Of a stretch of DNA of 64,000 nucleotides, positions 40,729 through 49,879 are shown piece by piece (position 1 is the stretch's first letter; each line of letters opens with the position of its first letter). The translations under genes were made by a program, and so were the position numbers. Under the pieces are notes generated by a model. The model made no database searches, was not told the origin of the DNA, and worked only from the letters and a program-made list of their open reading frames with translations. Source of the stretch: Candidatus Limimorpha sp. (GTDB taxonomy: Bacteria; Bacteroidota; Bacteroidia; Bacteroidales; F082); NCBI GenBank assembly GCA_045132275.1, contig JBGURY010000004.1, positions 121,892 through 185,891 on the forward strand, given 5' to 3'.

Positions 40729-43257
40729 TTATTTTTCGATGACCACTTTTTCGACACGGGTTCCGTCAGCTGTCAGTCGCAGGAAATAAACACCTTGGTT
40801 GAGGCTTGACGCGTCAACGACGGTCTTTCCTTCGCCTTCGCCCGACATGACTTGTTGGCCAATGCTGTTGAAGAGCCTATAGCTATATTTCCCCTTGACG
40901 TTGACGGTAAACGTGCCGTTGCTTGGGTTGGGGAAAATGCTAGGTGCGAAGCCGTCTTCGGATACCGACCAGTCTCTGATGGAGACGGTGACCTCACCCG
41001 ATTCGCTGTTGCCTTGGCTGTCGGTCACGACGACTTTGTAGACGGTCTCAGGTTCAGTAGGTGTGGCTACGGGGTTGGCGATGTTCGGGTTGTCGAGGCT
41101 CTCAACGGGCTCCCAAATGTAGGTGTAAACGCCCGAGCCGCCAGTGGCAATCACGTTGAGTTGGCTGCTCTCGCCCTCGTTGACGATTTCAGGGTCGGCG
41201 GTGACGATGAGGCTCAGCGGCTCGTCGGAGACGCAGTAGACGAGTGCGGTCCAGCCGAAGGAGGAAGTCCAAGCGTCTGAGGTGAAACGGAAAGTGATAG
41301 TGCCTTCGCTGTTGGTGGCCACGACTTGGCCGGGGTTTTCACCGCCCGAGTACTTGCCGATTAAGGTGGCGCTGGTTGAACTGCCGTCATAGATGTAGAG
41401 GAAGTCATAACCCGTCTCGGTGCCAAACTCCGTGAAGGTGACGCCGATCATGCTGCCTTGGCTGGCAGGCATAAAGGTCATGGTGTAGTCCTTGTTGTTG
41501 CCATAGTTGTTGTTGGGACCGCCATTGTCGTAGAACAAGGCGTTACAAGTCTCGACAGTGCCGTTTTGCATGTTGTAGGCTTCCCTAACGAGGATATAGT
41601 TGTTGCGAGTCAAGGTCTCGCTGTTGCCTTGGGCATCGGTGATGGTCAAGCTGACGTCAAAATCGCCTGCCTCGTTGTAGACGATGCCATTCGGGTTCTG
41701 TTGTGTGGAGGTAGACGGAGTGCCGCCTTCGAAGGTCCATTCCCAAGAGACGATTTCGCCAAACGACCCGTCGGTGAAGTTGACACTGCCGCCAACAGCC
41801 ACCTGTGTGGTAGAGGCGTTGAAGTTGGGCAACAGGCAACTGCCGGGGACGAGCTTCACGTCGAGGTTGACGGTCTCGTAGTCATCCACGGCCACATCGA
41901 ACACCTTGGGGCAATAGCCGTCCTTGCTGACGATGACCGACCAACTACCTCCCTTGATGGGACGATGGAAGTCGCCGGCAGGCAGATGGCTCTCTACAAT
42001 CGAGTACTGGTCGTCGTGTCCGCTGATGGTGATGGTGGCTTCCAGAGGCTCGCCCGTGATAGAGTCGGTCACGACGCCGTGGATGCCGTAGAGGCATTGG
42101 TTCATGAAGAGGAACAGTGATGACTTGTTGTAGTTCCAGAAGTTGGGCAGTTGGTTGCCGTTGGGCAGTTTGGTGTTCGAACACTCGATGGTGAGCTCGC
42201 GGCATTGGGCGTAACCGTTCATATAGTCTTGACGGCCGCCGCCAATCATGTACCACTGGGCACCGTTGGTGATGCCGTTGTTGTAGTCTCTCATATAGTT
42301 CGAGTTGACCGTATGGCATTCATCGGCATACTCGTGGCTGATCATTTGGTACCAGGCGTCGTCGGCATGGAGCGTATAGGTGTTGTCCCAAGGATAGTTC
42401 ATCACTTCGGCGCCACCGTGGTAATTGGCGCCCATCACAAAGGGAATCTCAGCGGCAAAATCCATGAACCATTGGGTCTCGGTTTGGTATTCGTGTCCGT
42501 CGGGGTGAGGACCGCCGTGGGGATCGGCGTAGTTGCGGTTCATGTCGATACCGTTGGCGTTTTCGCGCGTGGCGCCGTTGACGTTGTTGTTGCCGCTATG
42601 GTAGGTGCCGTCAGGGTTGGTGTTGGGAGCGATGTAAAGGTCGATGTTCTTCATGACGTTATCCACCTCGGGTTCGTTGGGGTTCTCGAGGAGATAGTCG
42701 ATGAGGCGGAGCATCATGATCCAGCCCGTGGTCTCGTCACCATGGATGGTGCTGGTGTAGAGGAATTTGGGTTTTCCGTCGGCAGCGCCGTCGCACAGGT
42801 GGGCCACCATGATCTTGCGTCCGCTGGGCAAGGTGCCGAGCGTGATGATCTCGCACTTGTCGGGGTGGTCAGTGGCGAATTGGAACATCATATTCTCATA
42901 GGCCGAGTAGGTCGGATAGCTGTCCCAATCGTATTGGGTGCGGTTGCTGCCGTCCCACATGGCGACTTCCTCCATTAGCGAAGGAGGCGTCTGAAGCTTG
43001 ACTTCGTAGCCCAGTCTTTGGAAGTTGGCAAAGTCGTTATTGTTTGCGTAGGCCGTAACCACATTGCCGTCGACGCGGTCGACAGAGATGGTGCGGGCGA
43101 TGGCGTTGAGGTCGTCGTTGCTGTTCAAGTTAAAGGTAAAATAATACTCGTTGCGTTGTTGCATGAGCTGGTTCAGCTCTTGCTGGCTCTTTTGAGCGAA
43201 AATGGTGCCGCAGATCACTGTGGCGCAGACGAGTAGGAGATAACGTAAACTTTTCAT
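40729..43257 (-). CDS. M14 zinc carboxypeptidase with PKD and CUB-like domains and a T9SS C-terminal sorting domain
   Basis: Zinc motif IHGDETTG. PKD segment (VNFTD...WEWTFEGG), CUB-like segment (YDFLYIYDG...TFRFTSD), and the tail IFPNPSNGTFTV...GVYFLRL. Confidence 0.85.
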   Translation of the reverse strand: MKSLRYLLLVCATVICGTIFAQKSQQELNQLMQQRNEYYFTFNLNSNDDLNAIARTISVDRVDGNVVTAYANNNDFANFQRLGYEVKLQTPPSLMEEVAMWDGSNRTQYDWDSYPTYSAYENMMFQFATDHPDKCEIITLGTLPSGRKIMVAHLCDGAADGKPKFLYTSTIHGDETTGWIMMLRLIDYLLENPNEPEVDNVMKNIDLYIAPNTNPDGTYHSGNNNVNGATRENANGIDMNRNYADPHGGPHPDGHEYQTETQWFMDFAAEIPFVMGANYHGGAEVMNYPWDNTYTLHADDAWYQMISHEYADECHTVNSNYMRDYNNGITNGAQWYMIGGGRQDYMNGYAQCRELTIECSNTKLPNGNQLPNFWNYNKSSLFLFMNQCLYGIHGVVTDSITGEPLEATITISGHDDQYSIVESHLPAGDFHRPIKGGSWSVIVSKDGYCPKVFDVAVDDYETVNLDVKLVPGSCLLPNFNASTTQVAVGGSVNFTDGSFGEIVSWEWTFEGGTPSTSTQQNPNGIVYNEAGDFDVSLTITDAQGNSETLTRNNYILVREAYNMQNGTVETCNALFYDNGGPNNNYGNNKDYTMTFMPASQGSMIGVTFTEFGTETGYDFLYIYDGSSTSATLIGKYSGGENPGQVVATNSEGTITFRFTSDAWTSSFGWTALVYCVSDEPLSLIVTADPEIVNEGESSQLNVIATGGSGVYTYIWEPVESLDNPNIANPVATPTEPETVYKVVVTDSQGNSESGEVTVSIRDWSVSEDGFAPSIFPNPSNGTFTVNVKGKYSYRLFNSIGQQVMSGEGEGKTVVDASSLNQGVYFLRLTADGTRVEKVVIEK

Positions 43258-43258
43258 T

Positions 43259-44146
43259 TTATTTATCTTTTAATTGTTTCCATTCTTCAATGATGTCATT
43301 CTCGACTTTTTCATTCGCCGTCACCAACGGCAGGCGCAGTGCGTTTTGGCACAGGCCCATGTGGTTCATCAGGCATTTAATGCCGGCGGGGTTGCCATCG
43401 GCGAAGATGAGTTGGTTCATGCGGAGCATGGCGTAGTGCAGACGCAGGGCTTCGTTGGTTTGGCCTTCCTTCATGGCTTGCATCATGCGGCTGAAAGGCT
43501 TGGTGTAGGCGTTGGCGGCCACCGAGATGACGCCTGTGGCGCCAAGGGCCATCATGGGTTGGGTGATGGCATCGTCTCCTGAGATCACGTCGAAGTCGGT
43601 GGGCTTGTCGCGCAGAATCTCCATGATCTGCTGCAGGTTGCCCGAGGCCTCTTTCACGGCGATGATATTGGGATGCTTGGCCAAATCCACGCAGGTGGCG
43701 GCTTGCAGGTTGACGCCGACACGACCTGGCACGTTGTAGACCACGACGGGGACAGGGCTGGTGTCGGCGATGGCCTCGAAGTGGGCTCTCATGCCGCGCT
43801 GGTTGGGCTTGTTGTAATAAGGAACGACGCTCAAGATGCCTTGGATGCCGGTGAAGTCTTGCGCCTTGACGGCTTCGATGACGGCCTGTGTATTGTTGCC
43901 GCCCATGCCGAGCAGGATGGGCAGACGACCACCATTAGCCTTTAATATTGTGTTGATGACAAGTCTCTTTTCGTCAGCGGTAAGGGTAGGGGCCTCGGAG
44001 GTGGTGCCCAATACGACCAAAAAGTCGGCGCCATTGTCGATGACATGGTTGACGATGCGGGTCAGCGCCTCGAAGTCGACCGAAAAATCGTCTTTGAAAG
44101 GAGTGACTAATGCCACGCCCGTGCCTTTGAATATGTTGTTCTTCAT
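43259..44146 (-). CDS. dapA: 4-hydroxy-tetrahydrodipicolinate synthase
   Basis: Motifs GTGVALVTPF, VLGTTSE, YNVPGR and AVKEASG. Confidence 0.9.
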   Translation of the reverse strand: MKNNIFKGTGVALVTPFKDDFSVDFEALTRIVNHVIDNGADFLVVLGTTSEAPTLTADEKRLVINTILKANGGRLPILLGMGGNNTQAVIEAVKAQDFTGIQGILSVVPYYNKPNQRGMRAHFEAIADTSPVPVVVYNVPGRVGVNLQAATCVDLAKHPNIIAVKEASGNLQQIMEILRDKPTDFDVISGDDAITQPMMALGATGVISVAANAYTKPFSRMMQAMKEGQTNEALRLHYAMLRMNQLIFADGNPAGIKCLMNHMGLCQNALRLPLVTANEKVENDIIEEWKQLKDK

Positions 44147-44150
44147 GATG

Positions 44151-44705
44151 TTATTGATTAGCGGTTTGAGTCCCCATCAAGGCCTTCAGGTAGTTGTGGA
44201 GGACATGGATGTTGGAGACAGGGTCGGTGGCGCGCGGGTTCTCGATAATCAGGTCGTAGATGGCTTGGTTGTTGCTCTGGTGGAAGCAGATGCGGAAATC
44301 AGACTTCGGCAGGGTGCAGAGGTAGTCGCTGATTTCGGCGTTCTTGCCCGCCATATTGATGAGTATCGCACTGAAAGGCAGTTTTTTGAGGAACTCGTGC
44401 TTGTCGGGTTTCAAGACACTCATGAAGCCGAAGTCCTTGGGCGTGATCTCGGTGTAGAGGTCACTTTGCAGGATGGTGTCCGACATCTGGTTGCAGAGGA
44501 GGACGAAGCCGCAACGGTTGGCGCCAAACAGGCTCTTCACACTGCTCTCGATGTTCTTGACGATGCTCTTGTCGCCTTCGTCCAAGATAATCAAAATGGA
44601 GTTAACACGCTGAAGATTAGGCATTTTTGTTACCGGCTTTTCAGCGAGAAACTGCTCCAAGGCGCGTTTCAAGGCCCTGTTTCTGAGATAGGATGAAAAA
44701 TTCAT
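44151..44705 (-). CDS. Hypothetical protein
   Basis: 184-aa ORF co-oriented with dapA and 4 nt from it, next to a -7 box. I recognise no motif. Confidence 0.5.
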   Translation of the reverse strand: MNFSSYLRNRALKRALEQFLAEKPVTKMPNLQRVNSILIILDEGDKSIVKNIESSVKSLFGANRCGFVLLCNQMSDTILQSDLYTEITPKDFGFMSVLKPDKHEFLKKLPFSAILINMAGKNAEISDYLCTLPKSDFRICFHQSNNQAIYDLIIENPRATDPVSNIHVLHNYLKALMGTQTANQ

Positions 44706-44709
44706 GCCG

Positions 44710-44717
44710 CAAATTTA
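44710..44717 (-). promoter_or_regulatory. -7 promoter box (TAAATTTG) for the 44705 gene-dapA unit
   Basis: Only 4 nt separate the box from the ATG at 44705. Confidence 0.5.
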
Positions 44718-44759
44718 GGTATTTTCCACGAGATAGCGTCTTTTTTTGGATAAAATCGC

Positions 44760-44767
44760 TAATTTTG
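44760..44767 (+). promoter_or_regulatory. -7 promoter box (TAATTTTG) for the MBL-fold gene
   Basis: TAnnTTTGCGC match 51 nt upstream of the ATG at 44819. Confidence 0.5.
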
Positions 44768-44818
44768 CGCTTGATTTTTTTGAAGGCTTCCGTGGGATGC
44801 CGATAATAAGATAAAAGT

Positions 44819-45592
44819 ATGATTGTCACTGTATTAGGTACTGGAACTTCGCAAGGTGTGCCCGTCATCGGCTGCACCTGTCCTGTATGCCAGTCCAACG
44901 ATCCGCGCGACAAGCGTCTTCGCACCTCCATTTTGATCCAGACCGACAAGGTGACGGTGGTCGTGGATGCCGGCCCTGACTTCCGCCAACAGATGCTGCG
45001 CGAAAACGTTACCAAACTCGATGCTGTGCTCATTACGCATGAGCATAAGGACCACATAGGTGGCCTAGACGACCTTCGCCCTTATATCTTCAGGCAACAG
45101 AAACCCATGACATTGTATGTAGATGACACGGCGCTGCCTGAGATCAAGCGTGAGTATTCCTATGCCTTTGACGAACATCCCTATCCCGGCGCGCCTACCT
45201 ACGACATCCACCGCCTCGACGAGACGCCTTTCGATATCGGCGACTTGCATTTCATCCCGATCAAACTGAAGCATTACACTTTGACTTGTTATGCCTTTCG
45301 CATCGGCAATTTCGCCTATGTCACCGACTTGAGCGAAATCTCGGAGGAGGCGATTGAAAAGTTGCAAGGCGTTGAATATCTGATTATTGAGGCGTTGCAA
45401 AAGAAGAAACACTACTCGCATCTCACTTTGGATGAGGCGATTGAGATCTCACGTAGGGTGGGGGCAAAGAAGACCTGGTTCACGCATTGTAGTCATAGCA
45501 TGGGCTTGGCTGCCGACCTCAACCGCGAGTTGCCCGAGGGCATGATGCTCGCTTACGATGGACTGAAAATTGAAATAAACAATGGCCTATAG
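44819..45592 (+). CDS. MBL-fold metallo-hydrolase (PhnP/GPMB-like)
   Basis: Motifs VLGTGTSQGVP, CxCxxC, and the HxHxDH motif THEHKDH. Confidence 0.8.
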   Translation: MIVTVLGTGTSQGVPVIGCTCPVCQSNDPRDKRLRTSILIQTDKVTVVVDAGPDFRQQMLRENVTKLDAVLITHEHKDHIGGLDDLRPYIFRQQKPMTLYVDDTALPEIKREYSYAFDEHPYPGAPTYDIHRLDETPFDIGDLHFIPIKLKHYTLTCYAFRIGNFAYVTDLSEISEEAIEKLQGVEYLIIEALQKKKHYSHLTLDEAIEISRRVGAKKTWFTHCSHSMGLAADLNRELPEGMMLAYDGLKIEINNGL

Positions 45593-45656
45593 CCTATGGC
45601 CGATGGCTTGCTTCCCTGGTGGAGCAGCCATAGGCCATTAGCCATAAGCCATAGGC
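45581..45656. repeat. GCCATAGG-type short repeats forming an imperfect hairpin
   Basis: aatggcctatagcctatggc ... gccataggccattagccataagccatagg. The first arm overlaps the stop codon of the MBL gene. Confidence 0.6.
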
Positions 45657-45680
45657 AACAGAACAACTGAATAACTGAAT

Positions 45681-46139
45681 ATGAAAGCAACCTATTCCCA
45701 AAGACTCATCAAACTCGCTGACCTCAACCACCACCAGACCTTCTTTGCGGGCCGTTGCTCAGAGTGGTTCTTGGAGAGTTCCTATTTCGCTGTGGCGCAG
45801 TATGTTGACACGAAGGACACGGTCCTGCTCGTGCTCCACGGCATCGACTTCAAGTTCCCGATTTTCGCGGGCGACATTGTCACTTTCGAGAGCAAGGTCA
45901 TCTCGGTGGGACGCAGCACTTTGACCGTCTATACAAAGATGTATCGCAGTCGCGAGCCCGAAAAGATCGCCGCCGACGGCTTCGCCACCTTCTCCTATTT
46001 GGACGAAAACCACCATTCCAGACCGCATGGCATCACGCTGGAACCTGAAACGGATGAAGAGAGATTCCTGCAACAGCAGGCTTTGGAAGTGATGGAAGAC
46101 TCGAAAAAGAGAGCCCAGGCGATGAATCAGCGGTTATAG
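45681..46139 (+). CDS. Hotdog-fold acyl-CoA thioesterase
   Basis: 152 aa with a YciA/4HBT-like pattern (NHHQTFFAG ... GDIVTFESKV). Confidence 0.6.
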   Translation: MKATYSQRLIKLADLNHHQTFFAGRCSEWFLESSYFAVAQYVDTKDTVLLVLHGIDFKFPIFAGDIVTFESKVISVGRSTLTVYTKMYRSREPEKIAADGFATFSYLDENHHSRPHGITLEPETDEERFLQQQALEVMEDSKKRAQAMNQRL

Positions 46140-46189
46140 TCTCCGATACCTTTGAATTGTACTTTTATTACTACACTACACCGCGAACC

Positions 46190-46216
46190 GTCATTGCGGA
46201 CTTGATCCGCAATCTC
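46190..46216 (+). repeat. REP-like hairpin GTCATTGCGGA-N5-TCCGCAATCTC
   Basis: 8-bp stem. The same family occurs in inverted orientation at 46278-46305. Confidence 0.7.
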
Positions 46217-46277
46217 ATGTGCTTTAGAACAACCTTTATACGTTGTCGATTTGTTTTAGTGTGTCGTTTAGTGTCGG

Positions 46278-46305
46278 AGATTGCGGGTCTGTCGCCCGCA
46301 ATGAC
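46278..46305 (-). repeat. REP-like hairpin, inverted copy (GTCATTGCGGG-N7-CCCGCAATCTC on the minus strand)
   Basis: 8-bp stem, with both flanks shared with the copy at 46190. Confidence 0.7.
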
Positions 46306-46344
46306 TCTCTTTGGTGAGGGTGTGTCGTTTTTTTTTTATATTGA

Positions 46345-47577
46345 TCAGAGTTCCAATTCCTTCGGATAGCAAATAAAATGCTTCACCACGGGCTGCTTCA
46401 GCACCGAGATGTTCAGTTGGTCGGAGGCCTCGCTGATGTCTTTTATCGTGCCGTCTTTGTATAGGATGTTGATGGCCGGCTTCTTGGGGTGGTAGGCGTG
46501 GTTCGAAGAGACGCCCTGCAACAGCATGAAATCGGCATCCTCCAACGACCAGCCATAGAGTTTCGCGATCTTATTTCTTATTTCCTCGATATAGTTCGGG
46601 TCGAACTCGCCATCACGCATCTCGATTCTGAACAAGTGTCTGTCAGTCAAGCGTCTGCATAGTTCGGAGAGGACGCGATCCTCGTCGTCACGCCAGGCTT
46701 TCACGGCGGTCATTACATCGTAATCATCCAACTGGCAGAATTTGTCGAGGACGAAATCGGGGTCGCCGTTCTCGAAAGGTTTCTGGTTCTTAAGGAAGAA
46801 CGACAGGGCAGGGGTGGCGAACAAATCTCGCTCCCGGCTGAGCGTCTTGGCTCGTTTGAGGATATTGCGCAGCATATATTCGGCGCTCAACACCGCCTTG
46901 TGCATATACACTTGCCAGTACATGATGCGTCGGGCCACGATGAAACTCTCCACAGAATAGATGCCTTTGGCCTCGATGGCCAACTCGTTGTCGACCACTT
47001 CCACCATCTCCAACAGACGCTCGGCATTGACGCTTCCTTCGGCCACGCCGGTGAAGAAACTGTCGCGCTTCAGGTAGTCGATGCGGTCCACGTCCAACTG
47101 GCTGGAGATGAGTTTGGTAAGGAATCCTTTCTTGTATTCTCCCTTAAACATCTCGATGGCCATGTCGAGCTTTCCGCCGTGGATCTCGTTGAACTTCCGC
47201 ATCACCATCAAAGAGAGCTCTTCGTGCGAGACGCCTTGCACGATGCTGTTCTCCAGGGTGTGCGAGAAGGGGCCATGGCCGCTGTCGTGGAGCAGGATGG
47301 CCAGCGAGGCGGCTTCCAGTTCTTCTTTGGTGATCTCGTAGCCCTTGTCTCGCAGCAGCTGTATGGCGCGCCGCATCAGATGCATGGTGCCGAGGCTGTG
47401 GGCGAAGCGCGTGTGGTTGGCGCCGGGATACACCAGATTGGTCATGCTGACCTGCTTGATGCGTCTAAGCCTTTGGAAATAAGGGTGCTCGATAATGTCG
47501 AAATGCAGCTCGTCGGGGATGCTGACGAAACCATAAATCGGGTCGTTGAAGATTTTCTTTTTGTTGGAACTAGCCAT
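46345..47577 (-). CDS. HD-domain phosphohydrolase (SAMHD1/dGTPase-like, COG1078-type)
   Basis: Motifs RFAHSLGTMHL and LLHDSGHGPFSH, plus DVDRIDYLKRD. Confidence 0.8.
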   Translation of the reverse strand: MASSNKKKIFNDPIYGFVSIPDELHFDIIEHPYFQRLRRIKQVSMTNLVYPGANHTRFAHSLGTMHLMRRAIQLLRDKGYEITKEELEAASLAILLHDSGHGPFSHTLENSIVQGVSHEELSLMVMRKFNEIHGGKLDMAIEMFKGEYKKGFLTKLISSQLDVDRIDYLKRDSFFTGVAEGSVNAERLLEMVEVVDNELAIEAKGIYSVESFIVARRIMYWQVYMHKAVLSAEYMLRNILKRAKTLSRERDLFATPALSFFLKNQKPFENGDPDFVLDKFCQLDDYDVMTAVKAWRDDEDRVLSELCRRLTDRHLFRIEMRDGEFDPNYIEEIRNKIAKLYGWSLEDADFMLLQGVSSNHAYHPKKPAINILYKDGTIKDISEASDQLNISVLKQPVVKHFICYPKELEL

Positions 47578-47594
47578 TGCCGCGAATTTTGCCG

Positions 47595-47602
47595 CAAAAA
47601 TA
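47595..47602 (-). promoter_or_regulatory. -7 promoter box (TATTTTTG) for the HD-domain gene
   Basis: TAnnTTTG match 17 nt upstream of the ATG at 47577. Confidence 0.55.
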
Positions 47603-47635
47603 GTGTTTTTGTCTCTCGTAATAAAACAATTTGTC

Positions 47636-47643
47636 TACTTTTG
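47636..47643 (+). promoter_or_regulatory. -7 promoter box (TACTTTTG) for porX
   Basis: TAnnTTTGCG match 27 nt upstream of the ATG at 47671. Confidence 0.55.
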
Positions 47644-47670
47644 CGTTTCTTCCATACAAGCATTTGAATT

Positions 47671-49224
47671 ATGGACAAAACGACAATCCTTTGGGCCGAC
47701 GACGAGATTGATCTCCTGAAGCCCCATATCATGTTTTTGGAACAAAAAGGCTATGAGGTGGTGACGGCCAACAACGGCTCCGACGCCATCGACCTCGTGC
47801 GCCAACGCCATTTTGACATCGTCTTCTTAGACGAGCAGATGCCGGGCATCTCGGGCATCGAGGCCCTCGAGGTCATCAAGCGCGAATACCCCAATCTCCC
47901 CGTGGTGATGATCACCAAGAGCGAGGAGGAACGTATCATGGAAGACGCCATCGGCTCCAACATAGCGGACTACCTGATCAAGCCCGTCAACCCGAACCAG
48001 ATCCTGCTGTCGCTGAAACGCAACCTCGAGAACCGCGCCTTGCGTGACGAGAAGTCGTCGATGCGCTACCAGCAGGAGTTCCGCCAGATTAGTATGGACC
48101 TGAACGACAACCTCAATTTCGACGAGTGGATCGCCTTATATAAAAAGTTGGTGCGCTGGGAATTGGAGTTGCAGAAGTCGACCGACGAAGGCATCAAGGG
48201 CATCCTCGCCGATCAGAAGCAGGAGGCCAACACGCAGTTCACTCGCTATATCGAGCGTAACTATGTGGACTGGATCCAGGGGAAGGCTGACAAGCCTGTG
48301 ATGTCGCACACCGTTGTGCGCGACAAGGTGTTGCCACGCCTCGACGACAGTGACAAACCGCTGTTTCTCATCGTCATCGACAACCTACGATATGACCAGT
48401 GGAAGGCCATACAGCCCCTCGTCGAACACTACTTCCGAGTTGAGGCTGACGACATTTATTACAGCATCCTGCCTACCACCACGCAATATGCCCGCAACGC
48501 CCTCTTCGCTGGACTGATGCCGCTTGAGATCCGTCGCCGCTACCGCCAGTGGTGGGTCGACGAGGACGAGGAAGGCACCAAGAACCAATTCGAGGGCGAA
48601 CTCCTCGGTGAGCAGCTGAAACGCTTTGGCAAGAACATCAAGTACTCATATAATAAAGTGTTGAATCTAGACGCAGGCAAGAAGCTGTACGAGCAGATGT
48701 CGAACCTGATGCACAACAAGCTGAATGTCATTGTCTACAACTTCGTTGACATGCTGTCGCACGCCCGCACCGAGATGGAAATCATCCGCGAGCTGGCCTC
48801 TGACGAAGAAGCCTATCGCTCGCTGATGTACTCGTGGTTCGAGCACTCCAGCCTCTTCGACATGATGCGCTTCATCGCCGAGAAGGGCTGCGACATGATC
48901 ATCACCACCGACCACGGCTCGACCTATGTGAAGGAGCCTGTCAAGATTCTGGGCGACCGCGAGGTGAACACCAACCTGCGCTATAAGTACGGTAAGAACT
49001 TGAAATACAACCCGAAGGAAGTGTTTGAGGTGAAAGACCCCGAGAAGATATTCTTGCCCAAGGCCAACCTTAGCACGACCTTTGTCTTCGCCGGCGAGAG
49101 CGACTTCTTCGCCTACCCGAACAACTACAACTATTACGTCAGCTATTACCGCAACACCTTCCAGCATGGCGGCATCTCGATGAATGAAATGCTGATCCCG
49201 GTGACGCACCTCACGGCGAAATAA
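47671..49224 (+). CDS. porX: PorX-type response regulator (receiver domain + PglZ/alkaline-phosphatase-like domain)
   Basis: Receiver motifs ILWADDE and VFLDEQMPG. The PglZ-like C-terminal half carries DNLRYDQW and ITTDHG. At 517 aa it matches PorX proteins. Confidence 0.8.
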   Translation: MDKTTILWADDEIDLLKPHIMFLEQKGYEVVTANNGSDAIDLVRQRHFDIVFLDEQMPGISGIEALEVIKREYPNLPVVMITKSEEERIMEDAIGSNIADYLIKPVNPNQILLSLKRNLENRALRDEKSSMRYQQEFRQISMDLNDNLNFDEWIALYKKLVRWELELQKSTDEGIKGILADQKQEANTQFTRYIERNYVDWIQGKADKPVMSHTVVRDKVLPRLDDSDKPLFLIVIDNLRYDQWKAIQPLVEHYFRVEADDIYYSILPTTTQYARNALFAGLMPLEIRRRYRQWWVDEDEEGTKNQFEGELLGEQLKRFGKNIKYSYNKVLNLDAGKKLYEQMSNLMHNKLNVIVYNFVDMLSHARTEMEIIRELASDEEAYRSLMYSWFEHSSLFDMMRFIAEKGCDMIITTDHGSTYVKEPVKILGDREVNTNLRYKYGKNLKYNPKEVFEVKDPEKIFLPKANLSTTFVFAGESDFFAYPNNYNYYVSYYRNTFQHGGISMNEMLIPVTHLTAK

Positions 49225-49226
49225 AG

Positions 49227-49354
49227 AGATTCCCTTCGGGAATGGAGTCATTTCACTGTTTTACAAGCGGCGGCTTGTGGTGTCTACGTATAGTAAACAC
49301 TACTTGCCGCCGCGGTTTAATAACAGAACGTCTCTCCATTCCCGAAGGGAATCT
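49227..49354. repeat. 128-nt element bounded by 21-bp perfect inverted repeats
   Basis: agattcccttcgggaatggag (49227-49247) against ctccattcccgaagggaatct (49334-49354). Each arm contains its own 6-bp mini-hairpin. Inner GCGGCGGC (49267-49274) is complementary to GCCGCCGC (49306-49313). Confidence 0.8.
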
Positions 49355-49415
49355 ACAAAGCTATAACTGACTGCTTCGTTCCTCGCAGTGACGTGGAGCG
49401 TATCAAAGAAAATAC

Positions 49416-49423
49416 TATTTTTG
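49416..49423 (+). promoter_or_regulatory. -7 promoter box (TATTTTTG) for tsaE-aroB-aroA
   Basis: TAnnTTTGCGGC match 18 nt upstream of the ATG at 49442. Confidence 0.55.
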
Positions 49424-49441
49424 CGGCATAAAACGAATGTG

Positions 49442-49879
49442 ATGCAAGCAAAAGAGTTTCATATTAACAGCGTAGAAGCCCTTACGGAGGTCTCCGATTA
49501 CTTGATTTCCATGCGTGACGAAGCCGACGTCATCGCCTTTTACGGCTCGATGGGCGCGGGCAAGACCACTCTGATTAAGAACCTGTGTCACCGCATGGGC
49601 GTCACCGACGAGGTGAACAGCCCCACTTTCGCCATTGTCAACGAATACGTGACGGAGGTGGGAGAGTCGGTGTATCATTTTGATTTCTACCGCATTAAGA
49701 AGTTGGAAGAGGCCTATGACATCGGTTACGAGAACTATTTCTACAGCGGCCACCTCTGTCTCATCGAGTGGCCCGAGATGATTGAACCTTTGTTGCCCGA
49801 AAAGTACATCCGGGTGGAGATACGCCACGGCGCGACTGATGACGAACGCGAGATCCGTTGTGAACTGATAGAAGCATGA
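49442..49879 (+). CDS. tsaE: tRNA t6A37 biosynthesis ATPase TsaE
   Basis: P-loop GSMGAGKTT, with SPTFAIVNEY and HFDFYR. The start is set downstream of the -7 box. Confidence 0.85.
   Translation: MQAKEFHINSVEALTEVSDYLISMRDEADVIAFYGSMGAGKTTLIKNLCHRMGVTDEVNSPTFAIVNEYVTEVGESVYHFDFYRIKKLEEAYDIGYENYFYSGHLCLIEWPEMIEPLLPEKYIRVEIRHGATDDEREIRCELIEA

Noticed and set aside
46157..46369. 70-aa ORF across the REP-hairpin spacer, and similar small ORFs (26036-26239, 32575-32925, 18899-19099)
   Set aside because: These are translations of repeat, hairpin or promoter DNA with no start context. Peptides such as ..RPFDGLRDL.. and ..IADLIRNL.. are by-products of repeat translation.
46345..47577. HD-domain dNTPase-like protein as an anti-phage dNTP-depletion defence gene
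   Set aside because: It sits in a housekeeping context, divergent from porX, with no compositional anomaly and no neighbouring defence or mobile genes. It is more likely the conserved COG1078-type HD protein.
49227..49354. Calling the inverted-repeat element a MITE or mobile element
   Set aside because: I could see no target-site duplication flanking the arms, no second copy in the window and no transposase. It is reported as a repeat of unknown nature instead.
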